Shown here in pieces: positions 26,601 through 41,600 of a DNA stretch of 64,000 bases (position 1 is its first letter; the number at the start of each line of letters is the position of its first letter). Under the pieces are notes generated by a model. The model had not been told where the DNA came from and made no database searches. It saw only the letters and a list, made by a program, of their open reading frames with translations. The stretch lies in the NCBI RefSeq assembly GCF_004010195.1, contig NC_057750.1:17075009-17139008 (forward strand), given 5' to 3'. This DNA is from Chiloscyllium plagiosum (lineage: Eukaryota). The position numbers and the translations under genes were made by a program.

Positions 26601-29600
26601 AAAGAACTGTTTTTATTCAGCGAGTGATTATGACTTGGAACTCACTAACTATTGCAGTAGTGGAATGAAGATAATTTGATAGGCTTTTGCATGGCTATAA
26701 GGATAGAACTATAAGACATGGGAGCAGAAATAACCATTGAAGAGGAAACATGCAAGTTTTGTTTCCAAAGAGCCTGTAGCTTACCTTTTCATGCTACTTT
26801 GAATACCTGGGCCACCCTCTCAGCTAGATTGGTTGAGAATGGATGGTAGGTGCTGTGTAGATATGGGTGTCTAGATTAGAGTGGTGCTGGAAAAGCACAG
26901 CAGGTCAGGCAGCATCCGAGGAGCAGGAAAATTGACGTTTCGGGCAAAAGCCCTTAATCAGGGTATGCCTTATCCCATTTGTCTTTGTGATGGTCTGAAA
27001 CTCGCTGCTGATAAATGGGGATCCATTGTTTGTGACAATGATATCGCTGTGGTATTTTCATAAGCATTTAATGGTAATGCCCAGTATTAGATCCAAGCGG
27101 ATGTGATTGGAGAAATCACCTTGTCTTCCTTAAAGAGCCCCAACAGAGGTTTGTGACCAGTTATTATGGTGAAATGTCAACCATAGATATACTGGTGGCA
27201 TTTTTTCACTGCAAATGCCATGGCCAAATCTTCTTTCTTAGTTTGAGCATACTCCCTTTCTGCCTCTGCCAAGATTTACAATGCAAATGCAATTGGATGT
27301 TCTGTTCATCGTCCCAAAGATATAATAATGCTGCCCCTCTTCTGCAGGGGTAGGTGTCACAGGTTTCAACACCTGGTCTCAGGGGATCGTAATGGGCTAA
27401 TATATTTGGTTACAATGGTGATTTTCCAAGTCCCTTTCTGATTTTATTTTAACATTACATGGTGAGTTGCCAGCAGGGTCACTAGGTTCATTATGAATTT
27501 TCCATAGTAATTTATGAGGCCTAGAAAAGACTGCAACTCCATTGTGCTCCTTGGAGCCATTTTTATGGCCTTCATCTTCTCTTTAATGGGATGTAATTGG
27601 TTCTTGTCAACTCTGTATTTGATGTGCATTACTGAACTTATCTGGAATGTACATTTTCCCTTTTTAGCAAGATACCACAAAATATGCTGCAAAACCTCCT
27701 CCAAACTGCCCAAATATTACTTTGCAGTAGGTCCTGAGATTATAACATCATCCACATAAACTGCCACTTTGGTCACCCATTGGAGGATGGTCTCCATTAC
27801 ACTTTGAAAGATGGTGCAAGTGAAAGACACCCCAAAAGGCAATTGAGTGTATTAATACAGTCCTTTGTGAGTATTTATAGTGATGTACTTCTAGGACAAC
27901 ACCTCAGCTGCAGTTGGAGGTAGGTGTGGCTCATATCTAATTTGGAAATACGTGACTCCCAGCTAGCTTCACATACAAATCTTCTGCATTGCAAAGGGTA
28001 TCCATCTAAGCTCTGTTGACTGTCAACTTTTAATCCCTCAGAGAAGACCAAATTATCAGGTTATAAAACGGGAACTACTGGCTCGGCCCATTCTATAAAT
28101 TGCACAAGGCAAATGATGCCACTTTCCTCTCGATGTTCTAATGTGGCCTGTACTTTGGCATGTACTCACAGGGGATTGGCTGTGCCTTGAAGTATTCAGG
28201 TCTTGCCTCTGGGTCCACATAGATTTTGACCCTGGCACCTCTTGCTTTATCTTCCTGAGGCCTTTTTAAAATACTTCAGGATACTGCCCAATGACCTCAT
28301 ATAGATCACTTTAAAGATCTGTGGTATATCCAGACAGATTTTCTGTAGTCATTCTCTTCCCTAAAGATTGGGAACTGGCACTTGTACCACCAGTAAGAGG
28401 AGTTGGATTCTCTGTTACCTGTGTATACAGTGTAACATAAGTGCAGCATGGATGTTATTGCTCATCACGGTATTGTGGAGAAACTTCCCCTCCAGTTCTG
28501 GAACTTTCCAACTTCTGACTTCAATCACCCTTTCTTGGCAACTATTGGGAGCCGCAAATATTATCTGCTTGGGACTTGATTGTGCGGTATGGGTGTCACC
28601 CAAGGTTGAGAACAGTAGCGTCTATACCATCCTGAAACTCCTGAGCCACATTTTCTGTGTTTTCACGGGAAAGGGCCAGTTCTGTGAGGTCCAGAACTGG
28701 TTCAGTGAGTAGCTTCGTTTGGTCCCAATATTATTAATTCCACAAAGTAAAGGATCCCTTAACATTTCCCGAAGTGCTGACCTATGCTCACAGTGTTCTG
28801 CCAATTTCTTCAGTTTTGTCAAGAATTCAGTAACTGGTTCCCCAGGAAGTCTATTTGTCATGTTAAACCTGTATGGTTGTAATATAACAAATGGTTTGAG
28901 GTCACAATGGTCTGCTACCATATCTACTGGTTCTTCAAAAGATATTGACTCCAGGGCTACAGGGTAGGTTAAACTCCATGATGCTGAAATTTGGGGCCCC
29001 ACAAGCAATCAGGAAAATGACTTTTTGTCGGTGATCCCCTTCTATCTTGTTTACCTGAAAAAAAGGTATCTGGTTCTTTTGGGGTACTAAGGCCAATCCT
29101 CCATGCTCACACTGTAAAGTTCCAGTTTCCCAAATAGCGGCATTTTCAATATTTCCCCATCACGGTCTTCATGTAATCATTGAAAGGCAAGGCTGTGTGA
29201 AACTTTTCTTGACTCCTGTTGCCAATTTAATATCTCAGGAAACCCGAATGAAAGGAACATTGTCTAATATTAAACACTAAACTAGAGTCACCACTTGTGG
29301 CGTACAGACAGTTCTGCAGATCCATCCCTGGGTCTACCTTATCTTCTTCTTATATCCAGAAATGATACCCTCCGGATCAGGTGGGATTTGAACCCAAGCT
29401 TCTCATTCCAGGGACACTATAACTGCACCTGAAGAGGGCCCCACAACATATCCAGAGGTGTTAGGACACACCTCTGGAGTAGGTGGGATTTGAACCCAGG
29501 CCTCCTGACTTGAAGCTTGGGATACTACTACTATACCACAACAACCCTCAGGGGTCTGCTTCATTATTTTTCATTTCTTTTTATAATCTTGGGCACAAAC

Positions 29601-32600
29601 AATGAGGTGATTCTTTTTATTGCTTTATTTGTTTTCCTTTTTAAACACTAACCATCACCAGTAAACATCCCATATAGCCAATTAGATATTGTTGCCAAGC
29701 TGGGTAGAGTAATTGAGATTGGGAGGCAGGAAGTTATAATTTGGTGTTTGTAAAATTGTAAAATATTAGGGGAGAAAGCATTGCTTGGTCCCTTTAAAAG
29801 ATGGTGCTTTCTTTTGGTGCTTAGAGATTTAGAGATGTCTGTGAACAACAGCTTGAGTTTGCATGTACTCAGAGAGCCTGAATGGATACATTTGTATCAA
29901 AAGGCTGTCTCAGCAGGCCAAGCAGCAATTTTTACCGAAACAACAGACTTCTGAATTTAGCCAATCAATTTGAACCAGGCACTTAAATACCAAAAACCTA
30001 TTAAATCTGATGGTTTTGACAACATATGACCAACTCTATTGTAAGAAATATTGACATGTCATCAAGGGTATAAAACAAGGAGGTAGGTGGACAAAGACCC
30101 CAGAGCAAGCTTCCATTTGCCAGAACTAATGGCCCTCAGCTCTCTCTCTCTCGAGAGAGAGAGAGAATCGCTGGCTCTCACAGCCTCCTCTCTGACTTAG
30201 AGAAAGCACCATCTAAATAAGAATGGTACCAAAGATGGAAAAGGTATTCCTCTCAGAAGAATTAACGGAGAAGGCAGGAAATATTCAGGAGGACACATAA
30301 CCTGGCCGTAATTTCAAGACACTAAATTCAATTTCTTTTCGTATGAAGTGGGATTTGAATTTATTGGAACAGCATACCATTAGAATCTTGTTTTATTTGG
30401 GAGTAGTAAGTAGTTGGAAGGGATTTGTTTGATTTGTTAATAGTTTAGTTAATTTAGATTAGATTAGATTCCTTACAGTGTGGAAACAGGCCCCTTCGGC
30501 ATCTGCTGAAGTTAGATAAATAAGTTAGATAAATAAATTGTTACTTGGTGATTTTAAAGTGAGTGTCAGGGATTTATTTTATTTAACCACTAGAAGTTGC
30601 TGAAAAAGCAGATTATGGCACTTTTCACAGTCCTTTTACAGATTATGGGGTGAGGAGTTCCTCTTTGAGTGTTTGGGTTTTACTTCTCAAAGGGAGGTCA
30701 ACCTCCGCTTTAGAACAATACTTACATGCAAAGCCCATCAAGGGCAATGCAAACCATCAACAGTAAATAGGGAGGTAGAGAGAGGGAGAAGCAACTAAAT
30801 CAAAATGAAGTTGGGCAAGTGGATCCACTTTTTTATACATATTTATACCCAGAAGTGCAATCATACAGAACTGAATGAGTTTCCCACACTAAAATTACAG
30901 TGACTGTTGTGGTCCTGTTCGCCGAGCTGGGAATTTGTGTTGCAGACATTTCGTGCCCTGTCTAGGTGACATCCTCAGTGCTTGGGAGCCTCCTGTGAAG
31001 CGCTTCTGTGATCTTTCCTCCGGCATTTGTAGTGCCGGAAGCAACCACCCCAACACACACAAAAGAAGTTGCATCAAGACACTGTTCAAAAGGGCCACAA
31101 CACACTGCAGTACACCAGAACTGCAAAAAGAGGAAGAAGGACACCTATACAATGTATTTGCCAAAAACGGATACCCACGCAATTTCCTCCACAGATGCTT
31201 CAGGGAAAGACAACAGAACGAGGACATGCCATAACCCAAAGGAATAACCACACTACCATTCATCAAGAGCATTTCCGAACTGACAGCCTGACTACTGCGA
31301 CCACTAGGACTCATAACAGCACACAGACCAACAGCCACTCTCAAATAACAACTCACCAGAACGAAGGACCCGATACCCAGCATGAGCAAAACCAATCAAT
31401 AATCACATCGACCCTGGACCCAACATACCGGCCACTGCAATGGACAGCTGGAACTGACAACCGGAAGCGACAGATTCAAACCACTAATAATGCCGGAGGA
31501 AAGATCACAGAAACGCTTCACAGGAGGTTCTCAAGCACTGAGGATGTCACCTAGACAGGGGACGAAACGTCTGCAACACAAATTCCCAGCTCGGCGAACA
31601 GGATCACAACAATGAGCACCCGAGCTATAAATCTTCTCACAAACTTTGAATTACAGTGACTTTTTTGTATTTATTTTTCTGTTTTAACTATTAATCACCA
31701 GCAGTAATTGACCAGTTTCCAATTAAATATTTACAAGCAAAGACCAGAAGTGAGTGGGAGATAGATTGAGAGGGAAGGGGCTAAATCAAAATGGAGTTGG
31801 AGGGGGAGGGAGTCTGCTTTATAAAGGGCTCCGGTGATGAGTTCCAACTGGGAAGGCCATGGGGCTGATACCAAGGTAACTCATACTCCATGAGCTTCTC
31901 AAGGAGCTCCCCATGGGGCCGCAAAAGGATTATCACACCTAAACCTCTATAATGTTTTGAGATGTTTGTGCTCCTCCAAATCATGCTTTTGAGCATCTTT
32001 GTTTTGAATTGCTTTGCCATTAGTTTTAGTTGGTGCAAAAAATATTTTATAGAATGGTTCCAGGAATGAAAGGTAAGCTGGAATTGTTCTCTTTAGTGAA
32101 GTTTAAGAAGAGATGTTATAGAAGTGTTCAAAATCATAACAGGCTTAGACATATCGAGAGGGAAAAACTGTTCCTTATAATGTTAGGGTTGAGAATCACT
32201 GGGCAATGGTTTAAGGTGCTTAGAAAAAGCAGGAATTGTGCCATGAAGGGTAGGTGATTGCCCAATGGTATTATCATTAGACTATCAATCTAGAGACTCT
32301 GATAACATTCTAGGAGCCGGGTTCAAATCCTACCATAGCAGATTGTGGAATTTGAATTCAATAAATATCTGGAATTAGGAGTCTAATGATGATCACAAAA
32401 TCTTTGGCAGAAAAACCCATCTGGCTCACTAACCCCTTTTAGGGAAGGAAACTGCCATCCTTACCTTAAATGGCCTACATGTAACTCCAGATCCACAGCA
32501 ATGTGAGACTTAACTGCCCTCTGGGCAATTAAGGATGGGCAATAAATGCTGGCCTGGCCAGTGACACCCTCATTCCGTGAATAGGGAACTTGATTTAAGA

Positions 32601-35600
32601 GTTCTATGCATCAGTTCTGTTTAAGAAAGGGCCCGCTGAAAGTATAAGATCAGTAAACGTCAAACAGTCAGGAGAGATTGCATCTGGCATAAGATACAGA
32701 CCGTATGAGTATATAGTTTGGGAATTTAGAGGCAACATGAGAATTCAGTACAGAGTTGAAGTGGTGCTTTTTAACTTGATTTTTTTTGGCTCAAGTTTGT
32801 AAGGTCTTTTTACAGGATAATTTGAAGCCCAAAAGCAAGGGCCCAGCACGGAAGAGTGACATCACAGATAAACCATAGATTCATTGGTTGGTGATAGCTA
32901 CTAATTTAACTAATATTATAGCTTACTTCCAGTTTAAAGGTAAGTAAGAGAAATCTTTACAGGCTACAAATTTAAAAAGTAGTACAAATTTTTTAAAAGA
33001 TCAAATTAATGACCAAGTAATTAAAGTAGATGATGTGAACCAGGTGAGGTATTGTCATTACATGATGTGGGAACTGGATGTGGACCCCATTGTGGTTAGT
33101 AGTGACTACATCTGTAGCAAGTGTTGGATGCTTGAGGAACTCCAATTCAGATTGATGAGCTGGAGTCCGAGCTTCGATCACTGCAACACGTAAATTTACC
33201 TGGACAATGTGTTTCAGGAGGCAGTCACACCCTCTAGGTTAACTACCTTAAATTCGGTCAGTGGTCAGAGACAGGAGGGTGTGACTATGAGCAAGGAATG
33301 TAGCAGGATCCACGAGGTAGTACTAAAGGAGCCTCAGCCCTTGAGCTTGTCTAATAAGCTTGAAATTTTTGCTTCCAATGTGGTTGAGAGTGGGTGTCGT
33401 AGGGAGGATGAGCAAACTGACCATAGCGTTGTTGTACAGGGAGCCATTCGAGATGCGAGAGAAATATAGTTATGACTGGGGATAGTATAGTCAGGGGAAT
33501 AGACACTCTTGCCTGTGGCCAGGATCAAGAGTCCTGAAGGCTGTGTTGCCTGCCTGGTGCCCAGGTTCAGGATATCTCATCTGGGTTGTAGAGGAATTTG
33601 GAGTGGGAGGGGAAAGATCCAGTTGTAGTGGTCCATGTAGATACCAACAGCACAGGTAGAAAGATGAAAGAGATTCTGTTGAGTGAATATGAGTAACCAG
33701 GTGTTATATTAAAAAGCAGAACCAAAGAGGTAATAATCTCTGGATTACTACCTGAGCCACAAGCAAATATTTACGTGGTCAACATGATTAAAGGGGCAAA
33801 TGTGTGGCTGAAAGATTGATGTGGGAGAAACGGGTTCAAATTCATAGGACATTGGCATTGGTACTGGGGAAGGAGGGAGCTGTTCTGATTGGACAGGTTC
33901 CACCGGAATCATGTTGAGATCAGTTTCTTTGCGAATCACGTAATTTGGGAGCTTTAAACTAAATAGTTGGGAAGTGGATTCAGTTGCATGGAGGTTAAAA
34001 CTCTCATAGCAAATAATAGGACAGGGTCAGGAATCTAACTTCAGGCACAGCAGAAAAGGGAACAACTGAAAGAAGTCAGTGCAGGACTGAGAATGTTGTA
34101 CTTAAATACCCATCACATATAAGAAAGGTAAATGAGTTTGTATGATGTTGTGGGTATCACAGAAAGTTGACTGCTAAGGGATCAGGGCTGGAAACTAAAT
34201 ACGGGAGAAAGTGAGGACTGCACATGCTGGAGATCAGAGCTGAAAATGTGTTGCTGGAAAAGCGCAGCAGGTCAGGCAGCATCAAGGGAACAGGAGAATA
34301 GACATTTTGGGCATGAGCCCTTCTTCAGGAATCCTGAAGTTCTATCAAAAGAGCAGGTAGATGGGTAAGAGAGGGTGAGGTAACCTTCGTAGTAAGAATT
34401 GAAATTAAATCGATAACAAGAAGTGATATAAAATAGGAGAACATTGAATCTGTGTGGGGAGTTGAGGAACTGCAATGGAGAAAAGATCCTAATGTGAGTT
34501 CTATACAGGCCTCCTAGCTGTAGTCGGGATGTGGGGAAGAAAATAACTCAGGAGATAGAAAAGGCATGAAAGAAAGACACTTTTACGGTAATGATGGGGG
34601 ACATCAGTATGCAGATGGACTGGGAAAATCAGTTGGCAGCAGAGTTCAAGAAAAGGAATTCATGAATTTTCTACAAGATATTTTTTGGAACAGTTTGTTG
34701 TAGGACCCACTAGGGAACTGGCAATTCTGAATTTGATAATGTAAAATGAGGCAGACTTGATGAGGGAGCTCATAGTGAAGGAACCCCTAGGGGACGGTGA
34801 CAATTGTATGATAGAATTCACCCTGCAGTTTGAGATGGAGAAGATTGAATCAGATAAAATGCGATATAGGACAGATGTCAGAGAGTAGTAAGGGCGTGGA
34901 AAGCCCTGACTGCAACAGTAGTCGTCTCACCAACTTTAAGGGCATTTAAATGGTCATTGGATTAAAATATGGGTGAAAGTGGAACAGTGTAGATTAGATG
35001 GGCTTCAGATTGGTTTTACAGGTCGCGCAACATCGAAGGCTGAAGGGGCCTGTACTGCACTGTTATGTTCAATATTCAATAATGGTATTACAATTGAATA
35101 AAGGTAACTATAAAGGAGCCGGTCAGAGTTGATTGGAAGGGGAGCATCATTGAAGTTTCATGGTCATCATTATAGGGACTGGTTTTTAAGGCACAGTGGT
35201 AAGTCCCTACTTTGGAGCCACGAGTTCTGAGTTCAAGTCCTACCTGTGCCAGAGAAGTGTCATTATGTTTTGTACAGAATGATTGGAAAAGAGACTACCT
35301 TTTACATTCCGGATTTTTTATTAGTTGAATTTAAATGTTGCCATCCTGCATAGTGGGATTTGAACCCAAGTCTCCAAGAATTAACATTTGCCCTTAGAGT
35401 ACTTGCCTCATGGTATTACCATAGTATCAATGTTCAATCTGTCACTAGTAAACTGATAAATATTTTGAAGAGAAAATGAGGTCTGCAGATGCTGGAGATC
35501 AGAGATGGAAATGTGTTGCTGGAAAAGCGCAGCAACCCAAGTCTCCAAGAATTAACATTTGCCCTTAGAGTACTTGCCTCATGGTATTACCACTACACCA

Positions 35601-38600
35601 TAGTATCAATGTTCAATCTGTCACTCGTAAACTGATAAATATTTTGGGTCTGTCTGATTAGAATGACAACTTTCCATTAAGACTGACTGACCTGAGCTTT
35701 TACTTGACACACTGACAACATAACTCACTCATCGATGGAGACCTTTGTCCGAAGTTCCAGCGCCAGGCTGAAATACTTGTGTGGGCAAGACATGTTTTTA
35801 GCGCAGGTTCCACAGGTGCCATGTTTGGTCCATTCTCTTTGCCTGAAATATAGGGAAAAATCTTTAAATCATAGTATATATTTCTGACACTAACATCAAA
35901 AGAAACAGGTCATTTAGTACATCTGACTGGAGGCCTGAGCAGAGCAAGGTTGGCCAGTGTTGAACTGGGGACTGATGCAGGTGGTCAGCAGCTTGTGAGT
36001 CCAGACCATGTGTGAAAGCCCCCTGCGTTGATTTAGGTTCTTTATAGAAAGATGTAATATATATCTTTTTTAACTTTATTTCTTATTTTTCTAACTTATA
36101 CAATGAATAACTGTATGGTGACATGTAACTGTAACTTTTTTTTCTTTATTTCTCTATTTTATATCTAAGATTTGTACCAAAGGGCAGCATGGTGGCTCAG
36201 TGGTTAGCACTGCTGCCTCACAGCAACAGATTCCCGGGTTCAATTCCAGCCTCAGGTGACTGTCTGTGTGAAGTTTGCACATTCTCCCCATGTTGGTGTG
36301 GGTTTCCTCTGGGTGCTCCAGTTTCCTCCCACAGTCCAAAGATGTGCGGGTCAGGCGAATTGGCCATGCTAAACTGCCCATAGTGTCAGGTGCATTAGTC
36401 AGAGGGAAATGGTTCTCTTCAGAGGGTTGGTGTGGACTGGTTGGGCTGAAGGGTCTGTTTCCACACTGTAGGGAATCTAATCTAATCTAAAGATGGCGCC
36501 ATGTGGGTGACATTGTAAACTTTTCACTGTGCTTCTATAATTCTGTACTTGAGTACATGTGACAATAAACCTAATTTGAATTTTATACTTCAAATTCAAC
36601 TTTGGAAAACTAACTGCATCCCATACATTTTATTTGTGTAGTCACAGATAAAAAAGTGACAAATTATACGGTTCCATACACGAATGGAGTTTCATCAGAT
36701 TCAGTGGATGTAACATTTGATTTCTGTGAATAAGATATTCCATTAAAGAATAAAAATACTGCCCCTGTTATTGGAGGAAGAAATTAAGTTATCAGGTTTC
36801 TGTGTCACACAAGAATACATGGCACCATATGTTGATCTGGTCTTCAGTTAAAAGCAACTGAATAAATTTTTGGCTGTAGACTTTGATGGACTAAAGCAAT
36901 AACTCATTAGTTAGGACTAATTTCATGGAATTCTTTTCAGTATCTGAGGGCATTGCGTGTAGGACAGCATTACCAAGTCTTCATGTGAAACAGAGGTATT
37001 TGAATCACAGGATGATGAAAGGGGACAAGGAAACCAGGGATCAGCTAATAATACTTTCACTTCTTACAACTCCCTCCATTACCATAATAACTCATGCCAT
37101 CCTGGACAGAAATGTGCTCTGCTGATGTTGCATTGGCTGAATCCATTCCTTATTCTCTTACTTGTCTTCTGAATATATTATATGCTCCACACCTTGTTAT
37201 TCCTGAAAGTCCATATCTCAGCAGATTTGGTGCCAATGGAGATATGTCATACCACACCCAAACAGGTTGGTTAAAAGTACTTTTCGAATTTAACTCAGCA
37301 CACCACAGTCGTCATAGTAGTCCATTTCGAAGGGCTGCTCCAAGTTTATTGAAGCAGCAGATCTGTACCTTAATTGTGTCATTTACTTGCTGAGTAACAC
37401 AGTTGCTTGTCATATGGCTTTCATTCTTGTGTTCATTGCTTGGGTTTTTCTTGGCTCTAATCTGTTGCCTTTACTTGGCTGGAGGATTTCAATGTCCAGC
37501 ACTAAGAGTAGCTCAGTAGCAGCACTACTGACCAAGCTAATCAGGTCCTAAAGAACTTAGCTATTAGACTGGGTCTGTGGTAGGTAGTGAGGTAACCAAC
37601 AAGAGAGAAAATATATATGACCTCATCCTTACCAAAATGTCAGCTGCAATTGCATTTGCCCATGATGTTATTGGTAAGAGTGACCACTGCACAGTCCTTG
37701 TGGAGATGAAGTCTTGCCTTCAAGTTGAGAATACTCTCCATTGTGTTGTGTGGCACTATCACCATGCGAAATGGGATAGACCTCAAACAGACATAACAAC
37801 TCATGTCTGGGCATCCATGAGGTTCCGTTGGTCATAAACAGCAGCAGAATTGCACTCAAACGTAATTTTGTAATCTGGCACATAGGAAGATAGTTGTGAT
37901 TATTGCAGGTCAGTCATTTCAGCTCCATGATATTTCTACATGAGCTCCTCAGGATGATGTCCTCGGCCTAATCATCTTCAGCTGCTTTATCAATGACCTT
38001 CCCTCCATGGTAAGGTCAGAAATGGGAATGTTTGCGATAACTGCACAATGTTCGCTACTCCTCAGATATCAAAGCAGTCCATGTTCAAATGTAACAAGAT
38101 CTGGACAATATCCAGGCTTGGGCTGACAAATGGCAAGTAACATTCTCGCTGTACAAATACCAGGCAATGACCATCTTCAATAAGAGACAATTTAACCACT
38201 GTCCTTTGACTTTCAATGGTGTACCACCACTGAATTCCACACTATCAACATCCTGGGGGTTACCATTGACCAGAAATTCAGTTAGATTCAGCATATAAAT
38301 ACAATGGTTAAAAGAGCAGGTCAGAGGCGAAGAATATTATGGCGATTAATACACCTCCTGATTCCCCAAAACCTATTCACTGTCGACAAGGCACAGATTA
38401 GAAGTGTGATGGAAGATTCCCCACTTTTCTGGAAGGATGCAGCTCCAACAACACTCTAAGCTTGACAGTGCCCAGGACAAAGCAGTCCACTTGATTGGCA
38501 CCATATCCACAAGTATCCACTCCTCCTATCAACAATTGTCAGTAGCAACAGTGTGTACTATCTACAAGATTCATTGCAGAAATTCGCCTAAAATCCTTAG

Positions 38601-41600
38601 ACAGCATCTCCTAAACCCACAGCCACTTCCATCTAGAAGGGTAAGGGCAGCAGATACTTGGGAACACCACCACCTGAAAGTTCCTCATCAAGCCATTCAC
38701 CGTCCTGACTTGGAAATATATCACTGTTCCTTACCTGTCACCAGGTCAAATTCCTGGAACACCCTCCCTAACGGCATCGTGGACTGTAGCAGTTCAAGAA
38801 GGCAGCTCAGCACCACCTTCTTAACAGCAACTTGGGATAGGCAATAAATGCTGGCTAGCCATTGATGCCCACAGCCCACAAGTGAATCAAATAAAAAAGT
38901 GGCTGCCAGTTATCTCTGAGCATCCAGCTGGAATGTTTGCTTTGATCAGGGACAGTGAACTGGAGCAAGAAAAAAGCATCATGGCAGTTTTCCATGAATC
39001 TTGTGCACACTGGCACAATCTTTTTAAGTTGTGTACCACCTTTACATTGGTGGAGTCGAAGCCTTTCTGGTTCGTTGACGATCTGACTGTCCCTTAATGG
39101 CCACTTGCCACACGTGTGTGGTCTATAATGCCCTGCACCTGGGGAAAACCACCCAGTACTGCAAACCCAAGCACTTGCTCATTCGGACATAATTGATGGT
39201 AAAGCGGACATTGATAAAAAGCATTTCATCTGTATGATGCATTTGTGTCCAGTTCACTGCAAGGTCCTGCAATACCTGTGGCATAGCAGGATGAAGAAAC
39301 AAAAAGGTTGAGTGTGGTGGTGACCACCAAAGGCACTTGGCAGCATCTCTGATGTGAGACCCTAAGCCTGCTGAGGCACTGCTGCTCCAACATGACCAGG
39401 AAGGTGATTATTTTTCTGTACGTCCTGTGCTGTGGCTATCATTTCCTATAAGCTGCTCTTATCCCATTTCTCCTGTGGAGAGGTAGATCTGTGAGGAGAA
39501 AGATGCTGCTGGTAGTGCTCTTGCTGCTAGTGTTATTGATGCTGTTGGTCATTTGGTCCCCATCTGAGATGCAACCTAAAACAGTATAGAGACTCCTATA
39601 CCGATGATGGATCATAGCTGCAAAATGGAAATTAGACACACAACTCTACACAATAATGGCAGTCACTTTTAAGATAGTGAAAATAATCTCTCAGTATAAC
39701 CTTTGCAAGCAATCCTTTCACACAATTAGGCAAGCAATCAGTTTTGGCACTTGAAGGGAATTTCTTTATCCTCTGAATTGCCGTTGTGCTCTCAGCTTGT
39801 TTTCATTTGGGCATTCCAGAACATCCAGCAAACTGTATGCACTTACAGTACAATTTACAAACACTCGTTAATGTTCTCAGTGATTCATAGCATATTGCAG
39901 TTGCTGATGGGCCTGGCCTGAGACTCAGTTTTCCAGCATTTGATTTGTTTCAGATCTCCAACATCTGCAGCATTTTGCTTTTACGTGAATTATTTTTGGT
40001 TGCTTAGGTCTGAACATTGCACTTGTCAAGTGTGTTTGTTTGAAAATTATACAAAATGTAACATTGGTGTTTCTTTCAGCATTGCAGCAGGAAATCTAAA
40101 GGAAATCTAGCCCAGAAGTATTTGAGTTTTCCTGAATCTGTCAACAGCTTAAGAGCCCAACTCTAATTAATATTCAGTTGCGGTGACACGTGATAATGCG
40201 CATACATATTATACCATGTTATAGGATGAAGAATTTTATTTCTTTCAAACGTTTTGGCACTAATTCATAGTTTCTAATAAATGTGGGAGGGAATAGAACA
40301 ATATGAGAATCATCAATAAGACTATGAAGTTTATTTGCACTGTTCATTTATCTCCCCTCTGCTGTTGATGTTGACCCTGCTGTGCAACAGCGGGTGACTG
40401 AGAGAAAAACAGCACCTTCCAGTGTTGCTCTCTAACCACCTCACAGAAATATGCATGAGGGTCTCAAAAGATATCCCATTCACCCAATAGCCCCATCACT
40501 AACTACAGTAACGTGCCGCTGATCAGATAGTGATTTCTCAAATCCTGCCTGAATCTATCACAGTCAGCTAGCAGCTTGTAAAACTATTAATGCAGTCATT
40601 GTGATAGACACTACTTACCAAAACTTAAAAGGATCTTCATTAATCAGACTTGGCCAGTACTTCCTCATGTCAGTCCAAAGATCCTGAAATAGAGTAACGA
40701 GAGAATTGAAAATCAGATTTCCATTTTTCTCAATGATGTTCTATGCACAAAAATTGCAACAGCATCAAACACTATGGCTTATAAGTATAGTGCAAGAGTG
40801 GACATAATAAAATAAAAATGGAGCTGAATTAAGCATTCTCTAGTCCTTTTAGGACTTTGGGATAGAATTTGTATATATTTTTAACATAAGAGGAAATAGA
40901 TCCAAATTTAGAAATTCTACAGTTATTGGGAATAATGTGACAATATCCATGCGGGTGAAGAAGTACTTTCAGCCTAAGAGAAACATTACTTTGGAAATAA
41001 ACTATTCTTTTTCCCAAAAATATAGTTTATTCATAAAATTTGCAAACAAAATATATTACAAAAACACTTTGACTTGAACATTACAGAACCTGTGATAAAA
41101 TTCAACTTGTATGACTATAACAGTTTTCATATTTAACAAATACATTCCATGTCAAGAATGCAAGCCAATGGGAAAAAATGTATAATTACAAATAGGGTGT
41201 GAAGTTCTCTACATAACATCTTCACTCCAAGGTGCCCCATTAAATTTTTAATATTTTTGATTTGCAACATACATGCTTTATGAAGTACATGGCCTGACAA
41301 ATATTACAGTTTGCAGACCCTCAGTGTACTGTGCCTGAACAGCCTCAGATGGTGATCTTTCTCCGCTGCATCTCTGAAATGGTTGCCCCAAGCTTCAGTG
41401 TGTCCGTCAGCATGTCATCTTGGAATATGCCAAAGTGCAACACTCGATCAAAGACAACTCCTTACACTGGAGGACCAGCAAGTTTTAGAAAGAGTATCTT
41501 TCACTGAGGATCCTCCAGGCTTAGGAGAAAGTGAGGACTGCAGATGCAGGAGATCAGGGTCGAAGAGTGTAGTGCTGGAAAAGCACAGCAGGTCAGGCAG

